From NCBI GenBank assembly GCA_035495615.1, contig DATJFP010000005.1, positions 340 to 64,339 on the forward strand: DNA of 64,000 nt. The letters run 5' to 3'. Below the pieces are notes generated by a model. That model was not told where the DNA came from. It searched no databases and was given only the letters and a program-made list of their open reading frames with translations. Position numbers and translations under genes: made by a program. Shown piece by piece: positions 16,902 through 25,749 of the stretch; position 1 is the stretch's first letter, and each line of letters begins with the position of its first letter. The DNA is from Verrucomicrobiia bacterium (GTDB lineage Bacteria; Omnitrophota; Omnitrophia; Omnitrophales; Aquincolibacteriaceae).

Positions 16902-19900
16902 TTAGATTTTCACGTCAACGTCATCGGAGGACGCCCGGCGCGCGGCCAAACGTCTTTCTTCGATCATTCTTTTGATCTTCTCGCGGCGGCGCGTTTCTTT
17001 CATCCGGTCCATCATACTGTCCAGCCATCCCGTCTCTTTTGAATCTTTATGCCGGACATCCGCATCCATCCGCTTCTGCACATTTTCCGGAGAAGGCTTA
17101 GGGGGCATGAGCGGATCCAGCTTTGTTTCTTGCTGGGTCAATATTTTGTCTTCCGGACCGGCTGCCATGGAGTTTTCGTCCGCGATATCATTCGCGGGCA
17201 ATTCGGGAATTCCAACGATCCGGCTTTCTTTGCCCGGCTCCGGAGAGAACATAAAAGGCTTTAAGCGCCCCTGGGGAGCGTCTTCATCTTCGTTTTCATC
17301 AGTCTTGGCTTTGTCCTCTTTGTCTTTGCGTTTTTCCTTTTCGTCTTTATGTTCAGGCTGGTCCTCGTCGATCTTCACCGTGCGAAAGCCGACCGGCCGA
17401 ACCACCAGATGCACGACAGCGCCTTCGACGATATCGCCGCTGCCTTGATAGTCCTGAGAATTTCCCGCCCCCATGTTGCTCTTGAACGTAAAGACATAGG
17501 AAGCGTTCGAAGAAAGCATGGCGGAAGCGGACGCATCCGCCGCTCCTTCGGTGCCCGCGGCCGGATTCGGCTCAATTTTCAATTTGCTGATTTGTCCCAG
17601 CTCTTCCTTCATCTCCAAAGCCCGCCGTATAAGCTGGCGATGGACGTTCAGCATTTTCTGAGACTTCAGCGTGGCGGTGTTCGCGGTTTTAATATCTACG
17701 CCGGTTCCCTCCTGGGAAACCGTCGGATGAATTTCCTCAACAGTCGCGGAAGAATCTCCCTGACCCGCAATTTCTTCCTTGGGTTCCACGGAAGAAACGG
17801 GGGCGTCCTGGACAACGGGTTCCTTGATCGTTTCTCCGGAAGAAACCGCGGGCTCTTCAAGGATGGGCTTAAGCGGTTCTTCAACAGGCGTGTCTTCGAT
17901 CGTGCCTTCATGAATTACCTGATCCCCCGCCGTTTCCGTGGCAGCTATTCCGCTCCCCTCTACCGCGAGCGTCCTTCCCTGCTCATCGACCGAAGAAGAT
18001 TCCGCGGGCACCTCTTCATGACTGACGGCCGTCTCACCGGATACAATGCCGCCTTCGCGGCCCTCCACGGGGACCTCGCTTCCGTCTGTCACAGTCTCTT
18101 GCGCGCTCACCGCCTCACCTTCTCCCGCCGGCTGCGCGGTGTCCTGATGAATCTCTTCTCCGGATGCCGGGTTCTGCGGCTCCTCGGCATTCATGATGTC
18201 GGATGCAGAGGCGCCGGAATTCTGGCCGGTGCTTTCCTCGGTGATAATGGCGGCGTGTCCGGGCATTTCGATGGGATCTGCGTCACGATGCTCCGCCTGG
18301 ATATCGCCGCTCGCCGCAACCTCTCCCGCAGGCTCTTCTGCCGGCTGGCTGGAATCTTCGTGGATCTCTTCCGCGGCGGCGTGCTCTTCAGAGGCAAGAG
18401 TTCCCGAGAAGATGGGCAGTCCATTCACCATCGTGCCGTCGAATCCCAAAACAACGTCCGTTTGCTTTTCTTTGAATTCCGCCATGTAACGGCGGATGGG
18501 TTCCGTAAGCCGCACGGCGAATTTGCCGCTCGACTCCAGGCTTTTCAGGCCGACGAGAATGGCCGAATCCGGCTCCAGATTCGGAATAATCCCCGCGAAG
18601 TGTCCGGTGATATCGAAGCTCCGGCCGACCTCATCCACGATTTTTCCATTCCCCATTTCGACATTTGCGATATGGAGGCTCAGCTGCCTGTGCGGCCCTT
18701 CGCCGGTTCCGTTATTTTCTTCCATCAAATAAACCACTTTGTGGGCGCAATCTTCTCCCGTGCATTCTTTTTTAGGGAAATTGGTCAGAACCATGACCCG
18801 CGCGCCGCTATCGTGATGAAACCCAGCAAGCATGTCCTCGACGTCTCTTTTGACGGACGGCTGCGCGGGAGTTTCCGGATGCTGCGGGTGTTCCGGGTGC
18901 TCGGGGTGTTCCGGATGCTCAGGATGCTCCGGATGTTCGGGATGCTCTTGGGCATTCTGCTCGACATGTTCCTCAGCCGGATTCGCGGCATGTTCTTCGA
19001 CCGGCTTGTCCCTATGCTCCTCAGCCGGCTTATCGATATGCTCTTCAATCTGTTCGTCGGCGTGCTCTTCGGCGGGTTTCTCCACATGCTCGGCCGCATG
19101 CTCCTCGACCGGCTTCTCGACATGCTCTTCAGCCGGCTTGTCGGCATGTTCCTCAGCGTGTCCGAGAGCTTCGTGCAATTTGGCTTGGATTTCTTTTGCC
19201 TCATCCAAAGCCTTCGCCACCTCATCGACGATCTTACCGTTCGCCTTGGTCCAGGCTACGGTATCGCCCATTTCCTTTTGGATGTCGGCGACCGTTGTGG
19301 GAACCGTGTTTGATTCTACGGTTTTCACATCGGCGTCATCGACCTGTCCATCCTCGTTTTTATCAAAAACCTCAACCGCCCGATGGTTAATCCGGCTTAG
19401 TTTTTCCACTCCAAGATTGAGATCATCGATGTTGTGCGCCGTCAGGCTTTGAAGGCCCGCCGCCAAATCGACATTGGCCCCCTCAAGCTGGGACTGAAGT
19501 TCCCCTTCCGTTTGAGAAAATTCCTGCGCGATCTTTTTGAGTTCGTTCAGCTGGTAAACCTGGGCCGAGACATTCTTGAGAAACACAATCCTTCTTTCCA
19601 TGAGATCCCGGCTGTTGAGCTCCGGCTTCGGCTCCCGTTCCGCTTTCGGTTCGGGCTTATGATCTTGGACGGGAGTTAATTTGATCTCGACATGGAAAGG
19701 TTCTCCCTGTCCGGGCTCACTTCTGCGGACGCTGGCGATGCCCGTAAAACGGCGGCCTTCGGGATTTTCGATTTTGACTTCAAACACCGCTTTGTCTGAG
19801 GTCGGCTCCAGTTCGTAGCGGCCTTTGTCGCCGAATTTTTTCGTCAGGCGCTGGATCACCATGTCTTTAAACGACACCGCATTGTCGGAACCGCCGAGGC

Positions 19901-20360
19901 TTCCCGGAAGAAGGGCCGGCGCCTTGTCATGCTCGCGGCGCTCTTTGGCTTCGCGGATTTTTTCTTCAAGCGGGAGGCTGCCAATGTGGACGGCTCTGCC
20001 CGACTTGACGTCGAAGATTTCCGTTTTGCGGTCCGTTATTTTACTTTCTGCTTCTTTGGCGTAATCCGCGTAAGGAGGAAGGCCGCTGTGCTCTTCTTGT
20101 TCTTTCCGGCGCTCGATGGCTTTGTCGATTTGGCCTACGCCGATAACGGGCGTGATCCCATTATCGGTCTTTTGGATTTCGGCCTGCTCTTCCGCGAATC
20201 CCAGCGGACCTCCCTGCGTTAATACCATGGCGAAAGAAATCGCCACCGCCAAAGATTTCAGGCCGATGTTGGAGCGGATGATCATAGATTCCCCCTCAAA
20301 AAGATTTTTCCAAGAATGAAGACTTTTGCTAGTCGCCGTACTATAGATATCGGTGTTCAC
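16902..20360 (-). CDS. Large secreted acidic His/Glu/Pro-rich tandem-repeat protein of unknown function, with one dockerin/EF-hand-like loop (FDKNEDGQVDDAD); likely start at the internal MIIRSNIGLKSLAVAISFAMVLTQ (about 20285)
   Basis: 1152-aa ORF. Signal-peptide-like segment. Repeats xEEHxxKP (8-aa period, about 9 copies) and HPE (x7). Very acidic low-complexity C-terminal half. Confidence 0.6.
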   Translation of the reverse strand: MNTDIYSTATSKSLHSWKNLFEGESMIIRSNIGLKSLAVAISFAMVLTQGGPLGFAEEQAEIQKTDNGITPVIGVGQIDKAIERRKEQEEHSGLPPYADYAKEAESKITDRKTEIFDVKSGRAVHIGSLPLEEKIREAKERREHDKAPALLPGSLGGSDNAVSFKDMVIQRLTKKFGDKGRYELEPTSDKAVFEVKIENPEGRRFTGIASVRRSEPGQGEPFHVEIKLTPVQDHKPEPKAEREPKPELNSRDLMERRIVFLKNVSAQVYQLNELKKIAQEFSQTEGELQSQLEGANVDLAAGLQSLTAHNIDDLNLGVEKLSRINHRAVEVFDKNEDGQVDDADVKTVESNTVPTTVADIQKEMGDTVAWTKANGKIVDEVAKALDEAKEIQAKLHEALGHAEEHADKPAEEHVEKPVEEHAAEHVEKPAEEHADEQIEEHIDKPAEEHRDKPVEEHAANPAEEHVEQNAQEHPEHPEHPEHPEHPEHPEHPQHPETPAQPSVKRDVEDMLAGFHHDSGARVMVLTNFPKKECTGEDCAHKVVYLMEENNGTGEGPHRQLSLHIANVEMGNGKIVDEVGRSFDITGHFAGIIPNLEPDSAILVGLKSLESSGKFAVRLTEPIRRYMAEFKEKQTDVVLGFDGTMVNGLPIFSGTLASEEHAAAEEIHEDSSQPAEEPAGEVAASGDIQAEHRDADPIEMPGHAAIITEESTGQNSGASASDIMNAEEPQNPASGEEIHQDTAQPAGEGEAVSAQETVTDGSEVPVEGREGGIVSGETAVSHEEVPAESSSVDEQGRTLAVEGSGIAATETAGDQVIHEGTIEDTPVEEPLKPILEEPAVSSGETIKEPVVQDAPVSSVEPKEEIAGQGDSSATVEEIHPTVSQEGTGVDIKTANTATLKSQKMLNVHRQLIRRALEMKEELGQISKLKIEPNPAAGTEGAADASASAMLSSNASYVFTFKSNMGAGNSQDYQGSGDIVEGAVVHLVVRPVGFRTVKIDEDQPEHKDEKEKRKDKEDKAKTDENEDEDAPQGRLKPFMFSPEPGKESRIVGIPELPANDIADENSMAAGPEDKILTQQETKLDPLMPPKPSPENVQKRMDADVRHKDSKETGWLDSMMDRMKETRRREKIKRMIEERRLAARRASSDDVDVKI
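18880..19165. repeat. In-frame coding tandem repeats inside the 1152-aa gene: 9-nt HPE repeats (about 18880-18945) and 24-nt AEEHxxKP repeats (about 18958-19165)
   Basis: Periodic ggatgctc and atgctcctcgaccggcttctcgac units visible in the sequence. Confidence 0.7.
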
Positions 20361-20487
20361 TCAAAAGGTTACTTCATGATAAAAAACTTTTCAAGCGCCT
20401 TTAAAAACTACATATAAACCAAGGCATCATGTGAGGTTACGCGGGTTTAAGGCGCTTTAAAAAGTAGGATAAGTCTGGCGGGTGGGG

Positions 20488-21261
20488 TTACCAGCTGCCC
20501 AAAGAGGCTTTCAGCTGGCGCGCATAACGCCGTGAAAGCGGTATTTTGGAAGCCAGGGGAGGCTTCAGGAGAATCTCGAAATTCCCGCTGAACATCGGAG
20601 AAACTTTTTCGACTTTGTCGAGATTGACGATATACGCCTTGTGGGTCTGCGCGAATCGCGAAGCATCCAGATTCTCCAGCAGGTCTTTGAGCGTGGAATT
20701 GACGATCAGTTCTTTGCCCTGGAGCACCGCGATGACTTCGGTGTATTTGGCGTAGAAATAATAAACTTCCTCGGGATTGATCACGACGCGGTCCTTCGCA
20801 TTCCGGGCATGCCCCATCCATTTTTTGAGCATTCCTTTTTTTGCCAGATGTTCTTCGAGGGCCATGAGCCGTTCCTTGGCCGCACCTTTCATCTGCACCA
20901 GTTCCTCGGCGTGTTCGAACGTTTTCCGGAGGCGCGCCGGATCATAAGGCTTGAGAATGTAATCGATGGCCTTGGCCTCAAAGGCCTCGATCGCGTATTG
21001 ATGATAAGCCGTGGCAAAAACGACCAGCGGCGGCGAAGGCCAGTCCGCCAGCTTTGCCGCGACTTCGAGCCCGGAGATGCCCGGCATTTCGATGTCGAGA
21101 AAAACCACGTCGATATCCGGCTGGGCTTTCAGCTTTTTCAGGGCTTCTTCGCCGGTCGAGGCGGTTTCCGCGACCTGGAACGCCGCGTTGGCACTGACGA
21201 AGCGCGACATCTCGTCCCGCGCCAAAGGTTCGTCATCGACGATCATGACTTTGATGGCCAT
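20488..21261 (-). CDS. LytTR-family response regulator (receiver plus LytTR DNA-binding domain)
   Basis: MAIKVMIVDDEPLARDEM receiver N-terminus, DIDVVFLDIEMPGISG, C-terminal LytTR-like segment; overlaps the upstream kinase gene by 1 nt. Confidence 0.8.
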   Translation of the reverse strand: MAIKVMIVDDEPLARDEMSRFVSANAAFQVAETASTGEEALKKLKAQPDIDVVFLDIEMPGISGLEVAAKLADWPSPPLVVFATAYHQYAIEAFEAKAIDYILKPYDPARLRKTFEHAEELVQMKGAAKERLMALEEHLAKKGMLKKWMGHARNAKDRVVINPEEVYYFYAKYTEVIAVLQGKELIVNSTLKDLLENLDASRFAQTHKAYIVNLDKVEKVSPMFSGNFEILLKPPLASKIPLSRRYARQLKASLGSW

Positions 21262-22862
21262 TATTTTTCCCCTTGAGATACAGGCAGCCTCACCGTGACG
21301 GAAAGCCCCTGCCCAGCCTTGCCCGAAAATTTCAACCGATGCGCCTTCCCGTAAAGCCGCACGAGCCGCTGGTTGATGTTCTGAAGGCCGATGCCGAATT
21401 CTCCGGAAGCATACTCCCGGCTCAGGATCTTTTCCATGGTGTCTGCATCGGCTCCCGCGCCGTCATCCTTCACTTCCACTTCCAGGCATTTGCCGCTTTC
21501 CGAGATCCGGATCGTGAGCCTGCCGCCCTCTTCTTTTTTGCTGATGCCGTGCTTGATCGCGTTTTCGACAAGCGGCTGCAGGACGAGGAATGGGATCTTC
21601 GCGTTCCAAAGCGCTTCGGGGATTTCGATGACTTTCTCGACCCGGAGCCTTTCCTGGAAACGCGCCTTTTCCAGCTCCAGGTAGGAATCGATATAGCCCA
21701 GCTCCTCGCGCAGCGTGATTTTGTCGTCCACGCGCTTGATGGCCCGCCGGAAGAAATCCGCGAGGTTCAAGACGAGCTTGCGGGCTTCGTGCGCGTTCTC
21801 CCGGTGGCAGATGGCCGAAATGGTATTGAGCGCGTTGAACAGGAAATGCGGGCTGATCTGCGCCTGAAGGAACAAGAGTTTGGTCTGGAGAAGTTCCGTT
21901 TCCATTTCACGCCGGTGATCTTCGCGCAGAATTCCGGAAACAACGGCCAGAAAAACAAAAACCGCGCCGCCTTCCATCAAAGCGAGAAAAAGAATGCTCA
22001 TCAGGGCGTAAGTCCAGGAGAGTTCCCGGGCCAGAGGGATGTAGACCAGCGCGCCGTGAAGCGTGCCGGCCGCGGCTCCGGTGAGCAGGCCGGCTTTGGC
22101 CGTATTGCGAAACGAGCGTATCGAGCGCGCGCCCAAACCGCCCAGCGTTCCCGCAGCAAGCGCGATCCAAAAATAAACGTGCAGCTCGGGATTCAGGACC
22201 CACCGGAACGCTCCCACCAGAAAGCCGGAAAGCACGCCCGGCCACAAGCCTCCCAGAAGGCCTCCGATGGCCAGGAGCACGACCTGGATGTCGAAGAAAG
22301 CCCATGCGGATTCGCCGTAACGGGACACGTCGAAAAATGAAAAAAAGAGCGCCGTGATCACGGTCATCATGGCCAGATACACCTTGCCCATGACCGAGAT
22401 CCGGTCCGCGTGCAGCATGCGCCTGAAATACGGAACACGGATCAGGAGAAAAGCAAGGAGCGCGAGGATCGCGTATTTCTGAATGATTTCGCGGTAGATC
22501 TCCAGCCATTCCAGCCTGAAAGTTCTTTGAAGGTGTTCGGGGCGCTGCGAGTTGATGAGCGCGAGGTCTTCCAGCGCTTCTCCCAGGATCGTGTCCGCTT
22601 TCGAAAATTCGCCGTTCATCATGGCCTGAGAAGCCATCCGGATTTTGGGAAGGATGTGGAGGATGTCTTCTTCCCCGACGTTCAGCTCCCCGGCAAGGGC
22701 CACGGCCTTATCGTATTTGGCCACGACTTCTTTTTGAGACGGGTCTTCAGCGTGCGAAGGCGCGGAAGGGAAAAGAAAGAAGCAGAGGACAAAAAGAAAG
22801 AAAGCGGAAAAAAACCGCTTAGGAATGGAGCTTTTTCTCGAGGATTCTGCGGCGCTCTTCAT
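21261..22862 (-). CDS. LytS-type sensor histidine kinase (multi-TM 5TMR-LYT-like sensor plus His_kinase/HATPase)
   Basis: Multiple TM helices. H-box SPHFLFNALNTISAI. HATPase G-boxes. 533 aa. Confidence 0.75.
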   Translation of the reverse strand: MKSAAESSRKSSIPKRFFSAFFLFVLCFFLFPSAPSHAEDPSQKEVVAKYDKAVALAGELNVGEEDILHILPKIRMASQAMMNGEFSKADTILGEALEDLALINSQRPEHLQRTFRLEWLEIYREIIQKYAILALLAFLLIRVPYFRRMLHADRISVMGKVYLAMMTVITALFFSFFDVSRYGESAWAFFDIQVVLLAIGGLLGGLWPGVLSGFLVGAFRWVLNPELHVYFWIALAAGTLGGLGARSIRSFRNTAKAGLLTGAAAGTLHGALVYIPLARELSWTYALMSILFLALMEGGAVFVFLAVVSGILREDHRREMETELLQTKLLFLQAQISPHFLFNALNTISAICHRENAHEARKLVLNLADFFRRAIKRVDDKITLREELGYIDSYLELEKARFQERLRVEKVIEIPEALWNAKIPFLVLQPLVENAIKHGISKKEEGGRLTIRISESGKCLEVEVKDDGAGADADTMEKILSREYASGEFGIGLQNINQRLVRLYGKAHRLKFSGKAGQGLSVTVRLPVSQGEK

Positions 22863-24333
22863 TGATTTCCGAACGTTGATAGTGGATTCCGGGAGGCAGA
22901 TAAGGTCCCAGATTTGCCGCGGCCAGGGCGATATGGGAGGCCACGTTCAGCCCGTCTTGTTTATATCGGGCGTCGGCGCGTTTTCCTTCATTCGCGGCCT
23001 TGCGGTAGAGCTGCTCGAGGACGCGGTAAGCCTCGGCCTTTTCCTGCTCGGTCATGCGCTTGTTCATCAGAATGCTCAGCCAGGGATGGATCTGGTCGAG
23101 CGACTGGAAACGCAGCAGCAATTCGGTCTGCCGCATCATTTCTTTTTCTTTGTCCTGCAGGTCGGAAAGCGCCTGCGCCTGGACAGCATGTTCGGTGCCC
23201 GGAGCCGGCATGATAAGCGACGGCACGGGGCGTGAAGAGGCCAGAATGCGCTGCCGCGCGGCCTTCAACTTGAGCACCTTGATAAGCAGCCGTTTCTTGC
23301 GCGCCCGCTCCGGAAGGTAAACGCGGCGCATCCTCTCCGCGGTTTGCGCGAGCGCTTCGTCCACGCTGCGGAAAAATTGGTTCAAGAGGCGGTCGATCTG
23401 CCCGTCGAGCTCCCGGTCTTCCTGTTTCTTCCCTTCCTGTTTTTGGGAATTTTCCTGCAAATATTCCGTGAGCATCTGGAAAATTTCGTCGTAATGCTTT
23501 TGGCGTATCTGCCTGGCCTCTTCGGAATTGGCGCGCACGATTTCCACGGGCGCTTCCTCCTCGCGGACTTCCGGCTTATCGGAAGCGACTTCTTCCTTTC
23601 TTTCCTCGATCGGAGCGGCGATAGGCACCCGGGCTGCCGGAACATTTTCCAGAGGACCGGAAGTGACTTCGACGGATTCGATCTTGAGGGAAACGGTTTC
23701 CTTGTCTTCCGCCGCGGGCTGCTCTTGCGAAGGCGCGCCGGGAACCGCCTGCTGGTAAGCGGCCGAAGCCTTGGAGAGAAAATCATTCGCGTCTTCGTTG
23801 AGGGGTTCAATCGGAATAATTTCAGGGGATTTTTCCGGTTCCGGCGCCTTTTTTTCTTCTTCGGGCGGCGCGCTTGCTTCGGCCGTCATCATGCTGTACA
23901 CCGCGGCTTTGAAGGCCGCAAAGAAAATGACTTCATTGCGGACACCGTTTTCGTCCTCTTCATTCGCCGTGATGCCGTCTAAGACATTATTGATTTTTTC
24001 TCCGGCGCGCTTTTTCTGATCCGCGTTCAGCCGGCTGCCCTCGGGCTCTTTTTTGACTTCTTCCTGGGGCTGATCTTCTTCAGCAATGGGCGAAAGCGGA
24101 TCTCCATCCAGAAATTTTTCCCAGCTCGGTCCCTGGGAAGCGTCGGCCTCAGGGATGGCGCGTTTGGCTTTGTTATATTCGATGGCCGGCGCGGAAGACT
24201 CCGTCAGCGAGGCTTCTTGATCCTGATAAGATCCGGATCCGGCGAAAGCGGCAGGGAGCGCCTGCGAGAAAGCTAAAGAAAGACAGATCGCAAGTGACAG
24301 GACACGTGTTGGAAGATCGGTTTTTCGGTTCAT
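22819..24333 (-). CDS. Secreted acidic coiled-coil protein of unknown function
   Basis: 504 aa. Signal peptide MNRKTDLPTRVLSLAICLSLAFSQALPAAFA. Glu/Pro-rich middle. Basic coiled-coil C-terminus. The 3' end overlaps the lytS start by 44 nt. Confidence 0.5.
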   Translation of the reverse strand: MNRKTDLPTRVLSLAICLSLAFSQALPAAFAGSGSYQDQEASLTESSAPAIEYNKAKRAIPEADASQGPSWEKFLDGDPLSPIAEEDQPQEEVKKEPEGSRLNADQKKRAGEKINNVLDGITANEEDENGVRNEVIFFAAFKAAVYSMMTAEASAPPEEEKKAPEPEKSPEIIPIEPLNEDANDFLSKASAAYQQAVPGAPSQEQPAAEDKETVSLKIESVEVTSGPLENVPAARVPIAAPIEERKEEVASDKPEVREEEAPVEIVRANSEEARQIRQKHYDEIFQMLTEYLQENSQKQEGKKQEDRELDGQIDRLLNQFFRSVDEALAQTAERMRRVYLPERARKKRLLIKVLKLKAARQRILASSRPVPSLIMPAPGTEHAVQAQALSDLQDKEKEMMRQTELLLRFQSLDQIHPWLSILMNKRMTEQEKAEAYRVLEQLYRKAANEGKRADARYKQDGLNVASHIALAAANLGPYLPPGIHYQRSEINEERRRILEKKLHS

Positions 24334-24467
24334 GCGGAATACTTTTTCGGGAAAGTCCCGATTCCTTCCGATAAAAACTTTATACCGCTATTTATAAAGT
24401 ACTCAAGGATGCTTTTCAGAACAAGTCATAAGGGCACCCATCATGTAGCAAAATCAATCAGGAAAGA

Positions 24468-24947
24468 TCAGGCTTGAGAGGATTCGTCTTTGCGGACAAG
24501 CCAGTTGTGAAGACTGAAGGGATGACCGGAGGTAAAAAAGAATTTAAAACCGATGAGGGCATTGGTGAGATCAACGATCGCCATTTGGCGCGTGGTGAGC
24601 TGCGGTCCGTACTGGCCGAAGCAGCCGCAGGAACCTCCGGCCGTGCCCCAGAATGACGGGCTCGACACCAGGACCGCGACGAGACTGGCCGACAGAATTC
24701 CAAGCACAAGCGAGCTCAGCCGCGGCGCGTATCCCAGAATGACAAAAACGCCTACGATCCACTCCACCCACGGCAATCCGCGGGACAGCGGGTCGAGCAG
24801 GAAAGGCGGGATGATTTCGTAGTGGCTGAGGACCCCGCGGAAATTTTCGTGAGGCTCCATCAGTTTCAGGAATCCCGCATAAGCATAGATGCCGCCGAGG
24901 AAAAAGCGCATCGTAAGGTAAAGGGCGGTCTCGAGTGTTTTCTTCAT
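24468..24947 (-). CDS. DoxX-family membrane protein (probable redox partner of the adjacent DsbA-like protein)
   Basis: Start trimmed to ATG at 24945-24947 (MKKTLETALYL...). Four predicted TM helices. C-terminal GGSCGCFG motif. Confidence 0.55.
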   Translation of the reverse strand: MKKTLETALYLTMRFFLGGIYAYAGFLKLMEPHENFRGVLSHYEIIPPFLLDPLSRGLPWVEWIVGVFVILGYAPRLSSLVLGILSASLVAVLVSSPSFWGTAGGSCGCFGQYGPQLTTRQMAIVDLTNALIGFKFFFTSGHPFSLHNWLVRKDESSQA

Positions 24948-24949
24948 GC

Positions 24950-25723
24950 TCAGCTTGCCGCGGGTGCGGGGGTTGAAGGCGTGGGCGTGGGCATTGCCAC
25001 GGGGACCGATGCTGGCGCAGCCTCGGGTGCCGATGCCGGCGCGGCCTCGGGTGCCGATGCCGGCGCGGCCTCCGGCTCCTGCGCTTTTTCGGCGGGAAGC
25101 TTCAGCGTCCTGTGAATAATTTCTTCCGCTTTGGTTTTCAATTCCAGATGCCCGACAGCCCGTTCTTTGTTGATAAAAAACGTGGGCGTGGAACGCACCT
25201 GCAGCCTGTCTCCTCCCTGGCGCTCCTGCTTGATCTTTTCCTGAATGCCGGTATCGGCCAGGCACGTGGCGAAAGCATCCACATCGAGGGAAAGGATCTG
25301 CGCGTCCTTAAGAAAAAGCTGGGTCGGATTTTGAGGGCCGGACCAGACCGCCTGTTCCTGGAACAGAAGGTCGTGGTATTCCCAGAATTTTCCCTGCACG
25401 GCCGCGCACTCGGCCGCCTGATGCGCGATGGAAGACCACTGGTGCCCGGCGAGCGGGAAATGATGGAAGACCACGCGGATTTTGCCCGGATACTTTTCGA
25501 GAAGCGCCTTCAGTACCGGCTGCGCGCGCTGGCACGCGGGACATTGGAAATCGCTGTACTCCTGGATCTCGATGGGGGCGTCGGCAGGGCCTTTGACTTT
25601 CGGCTCGGAAGCATACGCCTGCGGCAATTCTCCCAGATGCACGAAATTACGCCGGACGACCAGGACCCCGGAGACCAGAAACACGGTGAGAAAAAATCCG
25701 GTCAGCATGTATCGAGCATTCAT
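24950..25723 (-). CDS. DsbA-family thiol:disulfide oxidoreductase with C-terminal Pro/Ala-rich EAAPASAP repeat tail
   Basis: N-terminal TM anchor. CPAC active site (YSDFQCPACQ). Thioredoxin fold. Tail EAAPASAPEAAPASAPEAAPASVP. Confidence 0.7.
   Translation of the reverse strand: MNARYMLTGFFLTVFLVSGVLVVRRNFVHLGELPQAYASEPKVKGPADAPIEIQEYSDFQCPACQRAQPVLKALLEKYPGKIRVVFHHFPLAGHQWSSIAHQAAECAAVQGKFWEYHDLLFQEQAVWSGPQNPTQLFLKDAQILSLDVDAFATCLADTGIQEKIKQERQGGDRLQVRSTPTFFINKERAVGHLELKTKAEEIIHRTLKLPAEKAQEPEAAPASAPEAAPASAPEAAPASVPVAMPTPTPSTPAPAAS
25005..25078. repeat. Three tandem 24-bp in-frame repeats encoding EAAPASAP in the DsbA tail
   Basis: ccgatgccggcgcggcctcgggtg x3 read directly. Confidence 0.75.
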
Positions 25724-25749
25724 AAGACCTACCTCTTTTGTTAAGGCTG

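Noticed and set aside
17349-19313. 654-aa plus-strand ORF antisense to the 1152-aa gene
   Set aside because: Frame driven by the repeats (MLRMLRMFGML...). The minus-strand frame has a signal peptide and a coherent acidic repeat protein.
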